This document shows, piece after piece, positions 38,677-52,200 of a stretch of 64,000 nt of DNA. The position numbers were made by a program, and so were the translations under genes. Below the pieces are notes generated by a model. It was not told the origin of the DNA. It did no database searches and saw nothing but the letters and a program-made list of their open reading frames with translations. Source of the DNA: Centroscyllium fabricii (lineage: Eukaryota); contig JBNRSN020000001.1 of NCBI GenBank assembly GCA_051313645.2, positions 544,732,001-544,796,000 of the forward strand. Direction: 5' to 3'. How positions within the stretch are numbered: the stretch's first letter is position 1; each line of letters starts with the position of its first letter.

Positions 38677-38769
38677 GTATAAAGATGACGTCTACATTGA
38701 TCAAACAAGTGAACCAGGCAAATACAGGATGGAAAGCCGCTACGGAGTTTACTCTTTGGAGATTAACAG
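38677..38769 (+). CDS. myom2: Myomesin (MYOM2-like) exon, first Ig domain
   Basis: tag| ... |gtgagt, 93 nt, phase 2-2. Completes W then YKDDVYIDQTSEPGKYRMESRYGVYSLEINR (myomesin EPGKYR.ES.YGV..LEINR). Confidence 0.92.
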
Positions 38770-39379
38770 GTGAGTTTACACCGAAATATAAAGGAGGCTC
38801 AAGGGGGGTGGGTCATGGTAATCGTGATTGATTTTTCTTGTTAATGTTTGCATAGAATCATAGAATGATACAGCATAGAAGGAGGCCATTCGGCCCATTA
38901 AGCCTGTGCTGGCTCTATGGTAGAGCTTTGAAAGTTACTGTTGAATCTGTTTCCACTGTCCTTTCAGGCAGTGCATTCCAGATCACAACTCATGTAAAAG
39001 AAAACGTTTCCTCATGTTGCCTTGGGTTCTTTTGCCAATTACCTTTAAATCTGTGTCCCCTGGTTACCGACCCTTCTCCCACTGAAAACAGTTTCTCCTT
39101 ATTGACTCTATCAAAACTGTTCATGGTCTTGAACACCTCTATCAAATCTCCTCTTAACCTTTGCTGCTCTAAGGAGAACAGCCCCAGCTTCTCCAGTCTG
39201 TCCACATAACTGAAGTCCCTCATCCCTGGTACCATTCTAGTAAATCTCTTCTGCACCCTCTCCAAGGCCTTGATATCCTTCCTAAAGTGTGGTGCCCAGA
39301 ATTGAACACAATACTCCAGCTGCGGCTGAACCAGTGTTTTATAATGGCTTAGCATAACTTCCTTGCTTTAGTACTCTGT

Positions 39380-40597
39380 GGCGTCAATTTTCCCACAGGT
39401 GTGGGGAATTGGCGGGTTAGGTTTCTGACACAAATGTTAAAGGGCCTGGGAGCCCCACGCAATTTTGGCTCAATGGGCCAATTAATTCCCCGCGTGTGAG
39501 AACCCTTGCGAATTGACTCTTTCCTGTGTGAAAGTCGGCGGGGTGCCGGCTGCTTAAAGACCAGAGCCCCGTTACAATGGGAAGTGCCGCGCAACCCCTG
39601 AAATGACAAATGCTGGTCAGTTACAATGGGAAGTGCCACACAACCCTTTGACTGACAGCTGCTGGTCAGTTACAATGGGAAGTGCCGCACAACCATTTGA
39701 CTAACAGCTGCTGGTCAGTTACAATGAGAAGTGCCGCACAACCCTTTGACTGACAGCTGCTGGTCAGTTACAATGGGAAGTGCCACATGACCCTTTGACT
39801 GACAGCTGCTGGTCAGTTACAATGGGAAGTGCCACACAACCCTTTGACTGACAGCTGCTGGTCAGTTACAATGGGAAGTGCCACACGACCCTTTGACTGA
39901 CAGCTGCTGGTCAGTTACAATGAGAAGTGCCACACAACCCTTTGACTGACAGCTGCTGGTCAGTTACAATGAGAAGTGCCACACAACCCTTTGACTGACA
40001 GCTGCTGGTCAGTTACAATGGGAAGTGCCACACAACCCTTTGACTGACAGCTGCTGGTCAGTTACAATGGGAAGTGCCGCACAACCCTTTCATTGACAGC
40101 TGCTGTAGAGCTATCTGTCAAGCATGAGAATGAGCTACAAGGTGAGTTTATAAAAAGCTATAATCTCACTGATGTTGTACACCCTGGGTATACAGTTAGC
40201 CCTCCTGCAGGCTGCTACCCAGGAACAACTTCTGGTACAGCTGATTGCATGTCACCCTTTGACTTGCAGCTGATACTCAGCAAGCCGATTGTATCCCCGC
40301 CAGGTTTCACCGGCGGGGTTTCAAGCTGGTGGGTTATGGGTGGGGAATACCTGAAAATAGCAAGGGCCCCTTAAAATGGCATTATACATGACAATTAAGG
40401 GTGCTTAAGGAGCCTAATGACCATTCCCACCGGCCGCGGGCAGGAAAGATTCGGGGTGGGCAGACACAGTGGCGGGAAATCACAAAGCAGCAGGGATCCA
40501 GTGGGTGGGGGGGGGGGAGGTCGGGACCCCCGGTTTTGCTATTTCGCGCCCCACCCCACCGGAAAATCGGCCTCACGGCTCATTGAAAATTGACCTC
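39380..40597. mobile_element. Harbinger-like MITE with a 49-bp array
   Basis: ggcgtcaattttc / gaaaattgacctc; flanks TGT/TAT; the CR1 is continuous across it. Confidence 0.78.
39571..40105. repeat. 49-bp minisatellite, 11 units
   Basis: gttacaatgggaagtgccacacaaccctttgactgacagctgctggtca at an exact 49-bp period. Confidence 0.95.
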
Positions 40598-41547
40598 TAT
40601 GCCACTATTGATAAAGCTAAGGATGCTTTTTTAACAGCCTTCTCAACTTGTCCCGCCACCTTCAAAGATTCGTGTATATACACCCCCAGGTCTCTCTGTT
40701 CCTGCACACCCCTTTAAAATTGTACCATTTAGTTTATATTGCCTCTCGTCATCCTACCAAAATGTATCACTTCACATTTCTCTGCGTTAAATTTTATCTA
40801 CCATGATCCCATTTCACCAGTCTGCCTACGTCCTCCTGCAGTCTGTTACTATCCTCGTCATTGTTTACTACATTTGCAAGTTTTGTTTCATCTGCAAACT
40901 TTGAAATGATGACCGATATACCCAAGTCCATGTCATTATAATATATCAAAAAGAGCAGTGGTCCTACTACTGACCCCTGGGGTCTACTGTATATCGTCAT
41001 CCAGTCTGAAAAACAACCATTCAGCACTACGCTCTGCTTTCCGTCCCTTAGCTAATTTTGTATTCACACTGCCACTGCCCCTTTAAATCCCATGGGCTTT
41101 AATTTTGCTATCAAGCCTATTATGTAATATCTGTTACCTTCTTCCCCGTTTGAAGGCATTCATTTTTATTTGAAACAGCTTATTTACATGACTTCATGTT
41201 TGAGTCACTCATCATAGAAAACTTCTGTAATTCTTATTGGAAATCTATGATTCCAATGGGTTAGTGGGAATAGTCACCACATGAAGTGTTGCGGAGATAT
41301 CCAGATCAGGGAGGTCCTCTACTTGATCATTGCTTTTGTTGAGTTTGCAGGAGCATTGTGCAATTAGCCTCAGTACCCCTAGGCTAGGACGACATGGTGG
41401 CGCAGTGGTTAGCACTGCTGCCTCGCAATAAGGAGCTCCTGGGTTCGAATCCTGCTTGGCCCGGGACCTCTCTGCGTGGAGTTTGCATGTTCTCCCCGTG
41501 TTCGTGTGGGTTTCCTCCGGGTACTCCGGTTTCCTCCCACCACCTAA

Positions 41548-41946
41548 AGAAACATAGAAACATAGAAGATAGGAGCAGGAGTATGCCATTCGGCCCTTCG
41601 AGCCTGCGCCGCCATTCAATGAGATCATGGCTGATCATCCAAACCCAGTACCCTGTCCCTGCCTTCTCCCCATATCCCTCTCGAGCCTGCACTGACACAT
41701 ATCCCACCCCATCCCCGTAACCCCACATATTTAATCCCCCTAACACTAAGGGTCAATTTATCATGGCGAATCAACCTAACCCGCACATCTTTGGACTGTG
41801 GGAGGAAACCGGAGCACCCGGAGGAAACCCACGCAGACACGGGGAGAATGTGCAAACTCCACAGATAGTACCCGATGCTGGATTTGAACCCGGGTCTCTA
41901 GTGCTGTAAGGCAACAGTGCTAACCACTATGCCACCTTGCCGCCCC
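41548..41946 (-). mobile_element. Full-length HE1-type tRNA SINE
   Basis: A/B boxes, V-domain (gggtttcctccgggtgctccggtttcctcccac), HER1/CR1-derived tail. Confidence 0.88.
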
Positions 41947-42012
41947 CTGACATGCAGGTTAGTGTGAATTGGAGATACTAAAAATTGCCCATGAGTATGT
42001 GTGTGAGATAAT

Positions 42013-42831
42013 GGGCCAGAAATTCGGGTTTGCCGGCTGGTGGGCAACTAGGACCATGCGGAGCACTTAAGAAGCCCACCAACATCGGACTTTTTTTATG
42101 CTCTGAATTTCCGATTGGCTCCGCCCCCTTCGTTCGCAACACGGCAGTCCAGCCACGCTAGGTGCGCAGTGTATGCCCCGCCCACAGATCCCAAATTTAA
42201 ATTAAAAATGCCCCCAGATCCCTAATTTAAATAAAAAAATGCGCACAGATCCCGAGTTGGACCTTTGTGAGAGCAGGGACGTGCGGAGCTGCACTCACAG
42301 ACTCGGCGGGGAGCAGCGCGGGCACAGCAGCTTCTCAGAGGAAGAAACGCTAGGTAAGTCTGCCATTTTTTCTCTTAGATTTTTTATTATAGCTAGATAG
42401 TTAAAAATTTCAGAAATTTAACTTTAAAAATTAGCGATTTGAAACAGGTAAATTAACTTAAAATCAGATTCGCAATTAAAAAAAAAAAACTTTAACTTAA
42501 AAATTTAACGCTACCGATCTGGCCACATTACTCCCCTAAACTGTTAAAACTTAAAATTAAAGGTAAAAAAGTAACTTAGCTTGTTTAAGAACGTTTCTCT
42601 CTCCCTGACCCACGAGTTACTCCAGCTTTTTTCATGTGCATCTGAGGGCTCCGTTGCCCACAGAATCACAGAAAAAAAAGCACCCTTTTGGAGCCCAATT
42701 TCTGGGTGCAACTCACTCGTGCGTTTGATGCTGAGGGCCCTTCTCCCTCAGCATCGGAAATCTCGGATCCGTGGGCATTTTTCGTGGGCATCTCCGTGGG
42801 CATCTGCTTTAGGCATCGGAATTTCTGGCCC
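42013..42831. mobile_element. Harbinger-like MITE
   Basis: TIR GGGCCAGAAATTC / GAATTTCTGGCCC. Confidence 0.75.
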
Positions 42832-42953
42832 ATAGTTCTTAGAGTTGGGGGTGTTGGGCGATATGGGGAGAGGGTAGGAGGGGGGTGCTGGGTTTGGATG
42901 ATCAGCCATGATCTCATCGAATGGCGGAGCAGGCTTGAAGGGCCGAATGGCCT

Positions 42954-43578
42954 TGTAGAAGTGTAGTTTCATATAGAGTTTATATATATATATATATATC
43001 CTAACAGTAGTATTAAAATTATCACACATTTCATTAACTTAACTAAAATGGAGTCTGACATTTCAGCAGTTAAAATGACCTTGCTAAAAACTAGACAAAG
43101 AAAAACAGATAGGCCCATATTAGGGAATGGCAAGAGGAAGAAGATAACTCGATTGGCTTTTAGGCAAAACAGTACCCTCAAGAAGATTAGAGTAAGGAAT
43201 AATAATACTATAGAAATAACATATTTCAGTCTCTTGTTTTTGGTCATCTGTAGACCAAGGCTAGCTTAGAATAATAATGCCCTGCTGATTTTGTTTAGTC
43301 ATCATTGTATAACCTTAGAAAAAGAACATCCCTTACGCATCTCTGTCTTTTGTTTTATTTCGTTAATAGTTGTGTCTCAATACCGTGTCACATGGTAGAA
43401 AGTTTTTGATCTTTGTGTATAAAATACTGATTCTTGACCATGTAGTTGGAGCAGTGTAACGAAGCCTTTGACTTCGTAAGCTCCCGTTTGCTAGCAAACT
43501 AACAGTTAATAAAATTTTACCTTTGACGATAAGTTTGTTTCACAGAGTCTTACTTTTTGAATGGTCGAGACTTCGACA
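42954..43578 (+). mobile_element. Probable 625-bp solo LTR
   Basis: TGTAGAAG...CTTCGACA ends; splits the SINE tail aatggcct|actcctg; decayed TSD GCCT/GTTT; AATAAA about 70 bp from the 3' end. Confidence 0.68.
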
Positions 43579-44235
43579 GTTTACTCCTGCTCCTATCTTC
43601 TGTGTTTCTAGGAAGGGCAGATGTTAATCTGATCACCTCACTCCTGATTGCCAGTGACTGACTTCACATTGTTGAGGACAGGTTCGGGTTCAGTCTGGAT
43701 GCCCTCCCACACTCCCATGGTTAAATAGTCTGCTGACACTCGGGGCTGGACTTTCCTCCAGGAACCTGCCTGTTTTTGGGTGGCCTTGGAAGGTTGTTCA
43801 GAGGAAAGTGGGTGGGGAGTCCTCCTACCAAATCCTCACTCTTTAAAGTGGCCACCAACATTTTCATTTTCCTCTCCCTCCCCCCCACCCCATTGCCCAT
43901 CCTGCTGCATGCAAATGACAGTGAGTGAGTGGGCCTTGGGACTGTGGCTGATTTCTCCTTTATTCCTGCCTCTACACCGCCAATGGAGGAGAAGGCCAGA
44001 AGGAAGGAAGCGGTGGGGGAAATGTGTCAATGGGAGGCAGGAGGACTAGCTGCAAGATGGGAGATGGCAACTTCTTCCGCTTCCAACATAGCCAAATACT
44101 ATTTGTTGGCTCTGGGCTCATTCAACTCTATTTAAAATGTGCTGCTCTTTAAGGTTCTGAAGTGAGCGCTCTACTGCAGCACCATCACATGTCCATCCCT
44201 GACGGTGGTGGAGTCCCTCCTGAAGTGTTTTTAAA

Positions 44236-45130
44236 AATTCGTTCATGCGATGTGGGCGTCACTGACAAGGCCAGCATTTATTGCCCATCCCTAGTTGCCC
44301 TTGAAAAGGTGGTGGTTAGCCGCCTTCTTGAACCGCTGCAGTCCATGTGGTGAAGGTACTCCCACAGTGCTGTGAGGGAGGGAGTTCCAGGATTTTGATC
44401 CAGTGATGATGAAGGAATGGTGATATACTTCCAAGTCAGGATGCTGTATGACTTGGAGGGGAATTTGGAGGTGATGGTGTTCCCATGCGCCTGCTGCCCT
44501 TATCCATTTAGGTGGTAGAGGTCCCGGGTTTGGGAGGTGCTGCCGAAGAAGCCTTGGCGAGTTGCTGCAGTGCATCTTGTAGATGGTAAACACTGCAGCC
44601 ACAGTACGCTGGTGGTGGAGGGAGTGAATGTTTAAGGTGGTGGGTGGGGTGCCAATCAAGTGGTCTGCTTTGTCCTGGATGGTGTCGAGCTTCTTGAGTG
44701 TTGTTGGAGTTCCATTCAACCAAGTGGAGAGTATTCCATCACACTCCTGACTTGTGCCTTCTAGATGGTGGAAAGGCTTTGGGGAGTCAGGAGGTGAGAC
44801 ACTCGCCTTAGAATACCCAGCCTCTGACCTGCTCTTGTTGCCACAGTATTTATGTGGCTGGTCCAGTTAAGTTTCTGGTCAATGGTGACCCCCCAGGATG
44901 TTGATGGTGGGGAATTTGGCGATGGTAATGCCGTTGAATGTCACGGGGCGGTGGTTACACTCTCACTTGTTGGAGATAGTCATTGCCTGACATTTGTGTG
45001 GCGCGAATGTTACCTGCCACTTATCAGCCTAAGCCTGAATGTCATCCAGTTCTTGTTGCATGCGGGCATAGACTGAGGAGTTGCAAAGGGCACTGAACAC
45101 TGTACAGTCATCAGCGAACATCCCCCTTTT
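44236..45130 (-). mobile_element. LINE 3' portion (family of 17170-20318)
   Basis: Colinear similarity to 17175-18090. Confidence 0.87.
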
Positions 45131-45738
45131 CTGACCACTGGGAGCTTACCCTGCATACGCAATTAATCCCAACCCAGGAATGCGGGTTGAGGTTATAGCA
45201 GAGTTCGACCAGCGGGATGAAGTCTTGCCCTGTTGTGTTTCATGCTGCGATCCTACCTTTAAATAAGATGTGTCCCACCCTCGCTGCCAAGAGTCACACA
45301 GGATGAATGGCCGCTCGGAGGAGACGCTGGAGCTCAAAGAATTGTAACCCAGCATAACTCGTTCCCCTCAGAAGAGGGTGGGAGAAAAGCTGGCGTGGGG
45401 GTGTGAAATAGAATAACATAGAGAGTCTCTTGTAGTGATGTGTTTTGTATAGAGTCCTGATTAATCAATGCTTTGCACTTCAGCTGGAAACAATCTGCAG
45501 CTAAAATTGATGACAACACATGTTTTGCATGTGTGTGAATTACTGTTTAATTGGAGTATACTTTAGTGTTCATGTGTCCACCAGACACATGCTAATCTAC
45601 TTGATCTCATCTTGGATATATATATTAATTCTTTGTTGCTGCTGATTCAACTTTTCTTTTTCTTCCTGACTCTTTTTACTGGCTCTCTTTACTAACTGAA
45701 AAGAGGTTGTGCTCTTTTTTTGTACAATAAAAGTCATT

Positions 45739-46492
45739 GGCCCAGAAATTCTACGCATCGCATATCGGGTTTAAGCTCTGGTGCAAGCGCACCAGAGCTT
45801 AAACCCGCAGGAAGCTGCCGGTGCGCACGCTCCAGGCTTTCCTGTGCCGCCCAGCGGGGGGGTCAGTGCTTCCTGCGAGGTCCACTGCAGGAAGCTGCGA
45901 ACTACAGGACCGTCCAGACTTTCCACTGTTTTTTTAAACTTTTTCTACGGACCAAGAGAAGAAAAATCAACGCTGGGAAAAAGCAGTCGTTAACACCTGT
46001 TTTCATCTGGTAAGTGTATATTTTATTGATTTTATTTGTTGTTTTTTCAGGTTTTTAATTGTTGATAACTTTAAAGACAGGTAAGTATTTTTTTAGACCA
46101 GTTGGAAGTGAAAAAATCTTTCTGCAAATTTTTATTTTTTCTTTAAAATAGGTTATTTGTGTTAGTTGGGGTAATGTTTAAAAAATGTGGTGTTTGTAAA
46201 GTTTTATTTTTGTGTTCAGGTGTCTTTTGAGATTCTCCCTTTTCAAAACTCGCACAGATTTCTCTGTGGAAGTTTTGAACGGAAAATTGCTTCCACTGAT
46301 TGGCTCCCTGCCAATCAGCTGGTCTCAAAAGCCACTTCGCACTAATTACGCCCTATGAAACTCGCACGGAGCTCTGACAGGCTGGGCTAACGGGAATTTC
46401 TCAGTGCAAAAAAGCAAAACTGAATATGGGCAATTAAAGTGCGTTAAGCAGCACTGCACCCGCATGAAAGGCTCCACTGCAATTTCTGGGCC
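45739..46492. mobile_element. Harbinger-like MITE
   Basis: TIR GGCCCAGAAATT; TSD ATT. Confidence 0.87.
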
Positions 46493-47113
46493 ATTGTCCC
46501 TTCATATTCTAATAGTGTATCGATTTGATGTCTGCCTGATTTGTTATGACCTCTGGCTGTTAAATTCAATTATCCAGCCAGATAGGCAAAGAAAAGGAAC
46601 ACCGATAATGACCATCGGTGTGACTTGCTGAAGCTGTATTTCTATCAATTCAAAGACGCCAAAGGCTCGATCAGTTCAGGATGACGGGAGGAAAATTTCC
46701 GTCATTTTTTTTTTTAAGTGGTTTTTTTGATTGACAGCTGTGTTTTTGAGGTTTCGCCACACTGTTCCCCTCTGCCTGATATAGATGAATGATGTAATCT
46801 GCTTTCCTCGTTTGCACCACGGTCCTGGTCCATCACAGCTGCCCTCACCAGAATGCTGAGCTGTCTGCGATTGGATCCTCGCTCTCTTATAGCAGATTAG
46901 ATTCTCTTGGCTATCACCTTGTTCCTAAGGCCATGTTAAGTCAGTGATTTGAAACCTTTCTAATTCTGTTATATCTACGCCTGTTTTATTGCTTTCAAAA
47001 ATATTTGATCGTTAAGATCTCACACTTGCTTATGTAAAAATAAGTTTTGTGGTTCTCTGACCAGCCATATGCAGCATTTTAAAAAAATTAACATTTAATT
47101 TTTGCATTACTAA

Positions 47114-48421
47114 TGTAGCCCAGTCAATCCGTTCCGTGAGTTGAGGGGGCCCTGAGTTCTTTAACTCTATCTTTCGTTAGTGAATCTTGGATCCTTTATA
47201 ACTACAATTCCAGTAAATTTGAATACAATGAGCAAACACTCTTCAGTCTCATACTTTCAAGACTAAACATTAACCTTTACAACAATTAACACTCAGAAAC
47301 TATTTCAACAATTAAAACAGTAACTTGTAAATTTTATTGTAAGGTAAAATATTCAACAGTCAAAGTAAACCTTAGCACATTTCTAACTTTCTGTCTTTAA
47401 CCAAGAATTTAGAGTTACAGCATTCAGTTACCTTAATCTCTTTTCAGTCAACGAGTTAAAATAACTTAGACTTTATGTTACATCAATGAACTCACACACC
47501 TTGTGCCCATTAATATCAACTATACTCTAAGCCGGCAGATTGAATTTACAAAATGGAAAAGCGTAGCAGGCCTGTTAAGTTGCTTGCAGACTTTGTAACT
47601 CAAACGTAAAGGTTCTTCACTCTCATTAGAGCAATAAACAATCAATAGATCTTGGACCAGGAACAAACAATCAGCGGCTTGGCCTTTCACGAAGTGTTGA
47701 GTAAATCCAGCGTAGCCAGAGGAGTTTTTGAGCTGTCTCCAGGTCACTCAAAACGCTATCTGGTTATAATGGTTCATTCCTCTCAGGAATATTCTGAACC
47801 AAGCTACTGCCCCAAGCTCCACGAGTATTTTACAGCCTCAGTCAGCCCACATCACTGCTTAAACTCTGTTAACTAGTCGAACATCTTCTCACGAGTTATC
47901 GGTATTAAACTTTGGTTCAAAGCCCTCTATAATCTCGTTAAAGCATGTACCCAAGACCAGTTATGGCTCAAAGGAGTCCACTCTCTCTCAATGATATACT
48001 GCCTCTCCGGGCTTCTGCCGCTCTGGGGTTCGCTCTGTGCCACTCAGAGGTAGCCCAGTGGCTCCAGGAAGACTGCTGAGCATTACACAGCCCTCTATCC
48101 GATGACTGCTACTCACGGCTTAGGAAGACTGCTGAGCATTACACAGCCCTCTATCCGACGACTGCTACTCACAGCTTCCAGCTCTGCTCCCTTACCCAGA
48201 CTCCAACTCCTCCTTTCTTCAGCCCACGCTCCAAAAAGCTCCTTCTCCTCTCTCTCTCCAGCTTAAACTGCTAGTTTTAACTACTCTCCTGGGGTCATGT
48301 GACCCCACTTTGCAACTCCTGTTTTAACTATCGACAGCTGCTGGCTCTGGGCTGTTTGTGTCTGTGTCTCCCAGGTCCTAAAGTCCACCCCCTTAACAGC
48401 CCAATTATTCACAGGGCTACA
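47114..48421. mobile_element. 1.3-kb solo-LTR-like insertion
   Basis: TGTAGCCC...GGGCTACA; 4-bp TSD CTAA; internal ~56-bp duplication at 48067-48176; no ORF. Confidence 0.75.
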
Positions 48422-48651
48422 CTAATAATGGACCCGAATTTGCTGGGAAAATGTCACAGGCTAAAATCATACATACAGAAGATTGAGAATTCGGCAACAC
48501 TAAGCAAAAAGCAATATACAGCATAAAAAATTCACTTAACAAACTATTTGGTTCAGCTCCTATTAAAAGAAAAAAGAAAAGAATTGCCTTTCACGACCAC
48601 TGGACGTCCCAAAGCACTTTACAGCCAATTAAACAATTTTTGGAGTGTAGT

Positions 48652-48903
48652 TGACATATCGTCAATAATGCAAAAGACGAGTAGTTACCTTAACTACAGG
48701 CTTTTATTAACTTGAAGATGGAGCTAGTCTCCAGTTGAACACAAGGCAAAGAATGACTGGGGGCAGGGCAGACCTCACCTATAAGCTCCCACCTGAGGGG
48801 AGGAGTTAGAGGTGTGGCTGACCTAGCCTTGCATGCAGTATTCCATACACAATGCACTCGCAACTATACACAACTATATACAAGTGGTAATATGGTTCCC
48901 ACA
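48652..48903 (-). mobile_element. Solo LTR related to element B/C LTRs
   Basis: TG...CA; TSD GTAGT. Confidence 0.88.
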
Positions 48904-49242
48904 GTAGTCACTGTTGTAATGTAGGAAACGCGGCAGCCAATTTGCGCACATCAAGCTCCCACAAACAGCAATGTCATAATGACCAGATAATCTGTTTTTG
49001 GTGATGTTGATTGAGGGATAAATATTGGCCAGGACACCGGGGATAACTCCCCTGCTCTTCTTTGAAATAGTGCCATGGGATCTTTTACATCCACCTGCGA
49101 GAGCAGACGGACCCTCAGTTTAATGTCTCATCTGAAGGACGGCACCTCCGACAGTGCAGCACTCCCTCAGCACTGCACTGGAGTGTCTGTCTAGATTTTT
49201 GTGCTCAAGTGTGCATGTACATAGATCCCTGAAGGCAGCAAG

Positions 49243-52200
49243 TGATGCGCGATCAATTATATTCGAGCCGAGGTTGAGAATACAACTGAGGCTTTTATTC
49301 ACTAAGAACCCTGGAGCATCCTTAGACTGACTGGCAACTCCTTGTAGTGAGCCAGGCTCCCAGAGCATGGGCCTATATCAGGTAGGCTAGGGGCGGAGTC
49401 AGCTTCAGGCATGCCTGGGCATGTATACATACAGGCCAGAGGCAACTATATACAAACAGTGGTTTACCACATTCACCCCTTCTTTAAAAATGAGTCCAGC
49501 AGGGTGAAGTGAGACAAGGTCAAGTGTACATGAGTCTTTCAGGAGGTCTGGTACACCACTGTGATCGTCGTGGCTCCAGCTGCGGTGCTGGTTCCACGTC
49601 TTCGTCCGTACGGGGGCAGTCGGCGGTCAGCAGCTGGGCCCTTGGATCCGGCGTGCAGTGTACAGGGGCTAGGGGAGAAAGATCGGACACAGGCGCCTCT
49701 CGGGGGGTGGTGGGTTGCAAAAGGAGGGGGTGGTGGGGCTCGGCAGCATCGGGGGCACCCGAGGGGGCGAGGTCCCGAATAGAGATGGTGTCCTCCCACC
49801 CATCCGGATATGCAATGTAGGTGTATTGGGGGTTTGACGTATCGTCAATAATACAATAATACTAAAGACGAGTAGTTACCTTAACTATAGGCTTTTATTA
49901 GCTTTACAAAGGAGCTACGCTCCAGTCGAACATCAGGTACAGAATGAATGGGGGCAGGTCAGACCCCACCTATAAGGCACTCACCTGAGGGGAGGAGTTA
50001 GAGGTGTGGCTGACCTGACCCTGCGACAGTGTCGTAATACCAAAAACTATGTACAGTGTTGTGCTTCACTATTACAGTGGTAATAACAGTAATCACGGTT
50101 ACCACATTCACCCCTTCTTTGAAAATTAAGTCCGGCGGGGTGAATGGACAGAGCAGTTCATAATAAGTCTCTCCAGCGGTCGCGTCTGCCTTGAGGACTG
50201 CCGGGTCTCTGTTAGCGGCGCCGGTGCCTGCAGTGTCGGCGGCGCTGGTGCCGGTAGTGTCGGCGGCACTGGTGCCGGTAGTGTCGATGCTGGTGCCGGT
50301 AGTGGCGGTGGGGCCACGCCCTCTGGCTGCTGCTGTGCCTGCGGTGCGGCGTCCGGTTCTTGGTCCTCGACTGGTAGTGGCGGGGGCTCCGGTGTGTGTA
50401 TGTGCATAGGCCAAAATCCGGTGGGTTGTGGATGGTGTATAGGCCAGTGGTCAGTAGGTAGTGGCTGGTCGGGCTGAGGCTCGACCAGGGGCTCTGCTGT
50501 GGTGCTCCCGGCGGGCGCTAGGTCCCTGATGGAAAATGTGTCCTCGCGCCCGTCCGGGAACTGCACGTATGCGTACTGTGGGTTGGCGTGCAGCAGCTGC
50601 ACCTTCTCCACCAGGCGGTCGGTCTTATGGCCGCGGACATGCTTTCTAAGCAAGACCGGCCCCGGCATCGTGAGCCATGGTGGGAGTGCTGTCCCCGAAG
50701 TCGACTTCCTGGGGAAGGAAAAGAGCAATTCGTGAGGTGTGGCGTTGGTGGCCGTACACAGCAGAGAGCGGATCGAGTGCAGCGCGTCTGGGAGGACTGC
50801 CTGCCAACGGGACACTGGAAGGCCTCTGGACTTCAGGGCCAGGCTGACCGCCTTCCAGATGATCCCGTTCTCCCTTTCTACCTGGCCGTTCCCCCGGGGG
50901 TTGTAACTGGTCGTTCTGCTTGAGGCAACCCCTTTCTGAAGCAGAAACTGACGCAGTTCGTCGCTCATGAACGACGACCCCCGGTCGCTATGGCTGTAGC
51001 TGGGGAGACCGAAAATGACGAACAGCGTGGTGAAGTGTTTGATCACCGTTGTGCTCGTCATATCTGGGCAGGGGAAGGCGAAGGGGAAGCGGGAGAACTC
51101 GTCTATGACCGTGAGGAAGTACGAGTTGCGGTCGATGGAGGGGAGGGGGCCTTTGAAGTCCACACTTAGACGTTCAAAGGGGCGGGTGGCCTTAATGAGG
51201 TGTGCCGTGTCTGGCCTGTAAAATTGGGGCTTGCACTCGGCGCAAACAGAGCACTCTCGGGTCATAGCCTTGATCTCCGTGATGGAGTAGGGGAGGCTAC
51301 GGGATTTAACGAAGTGGGCAAGTCTGGTGATACCCGCGTGGCAGAGACGATCGTGGAGTTCCTTCAGCCGGCCCAGCTGGGCACTGGCGCACGTTCCCCT
51401 GGACAGTGCGTCCGGGGGTTCATTGAGTTTGCCTGGTCGGTAAAGAATGTCGTACTCGTAAGTCGAGAGCTCGATCTGCCACCGCAGGATCTTATCATTC
51501 TTGATTTTACCCTTTTGTTTATTGTTAAACATAAACGCGACCGACTGTTGGTCGGTGAGCAGGGTAAAACGCTTACCGGCCAGGTAATGACGCCAGTAGC
51601 GCACAGCCTCCACGATGGCAGGGCCTGCTTTTCTACTGCAGAGTGGCGAATTTCGGGTCCCTGTAGGGTGCGGGAGAACAACGCTACGGGCCTGCCTGCC
51701 TGATTCAGGGTGGCGGCAAGGGCAAAGTCCGAAGCGTCACTCTCCACCTGGAAAGGGATGGACTCATCAACGGCGTGCATGGTCGCCTTGATAATATCTT
51801 CCTTGATCCAGGCGAACGCCGTGTGGGCTTCTACCGAGAGGGGGAAGACGGCAGCCTTGAGGAGCGGTCTGGCCTTATCCGCGAACTGGGGAACCCATTG
51901 CGCGTAATAAGAGAACAATCCCAGACATCTCTTCAGGGCTTTGGGGTTGTGAGGTAGGGGCAGTTCCTGTAAGGGATGCATACGCTGTGGGTCGGGGCCG
52001 AGGACCCCGTTTTCCACCACGTATCCGAGGATGGTGAGCCGATCTGTACTAAAGACGCACTTATCTTTATTATACGTGAGATCGAGCCGTTTCGCCGTGT
52101 GGAGAAATTTGGCCAGATTGGCATCGTGGTCCTGCTGGTCATGGCCGCAGATGGTCACGTTGTCCAGGTAGGGGAAAGTGGCCTGCAACCCGTTCTGGTC

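Larger units (their letters stand above)
38853..41125 (-). mobile_element. CR1 LINE (second subfamily) split by a MITE
   Basis: ORFs 40794-41027 (PQGSV.GP, KFADE) and 38990-39355 (LEYCVQFWAP); (ctatgatt) tail. Confidence 0.87.
41388..43610 (+). mobile_element. HE1/V-SINE-type SINE fragmented by three later insertions
   Basis: tRNA head (tggcgcagtgg, ggttcgaatcc) and V-domain 41388-41545. Resumes at 41947-42012, 42832-42953 and 43579-43610 (HER1 tail). Confidence 0.75.

Noticed and set aside
41394-41460. tRNA gene
   Set aside because: A/B boxes continue directly into a V-SINE body, so this is a SINE head.
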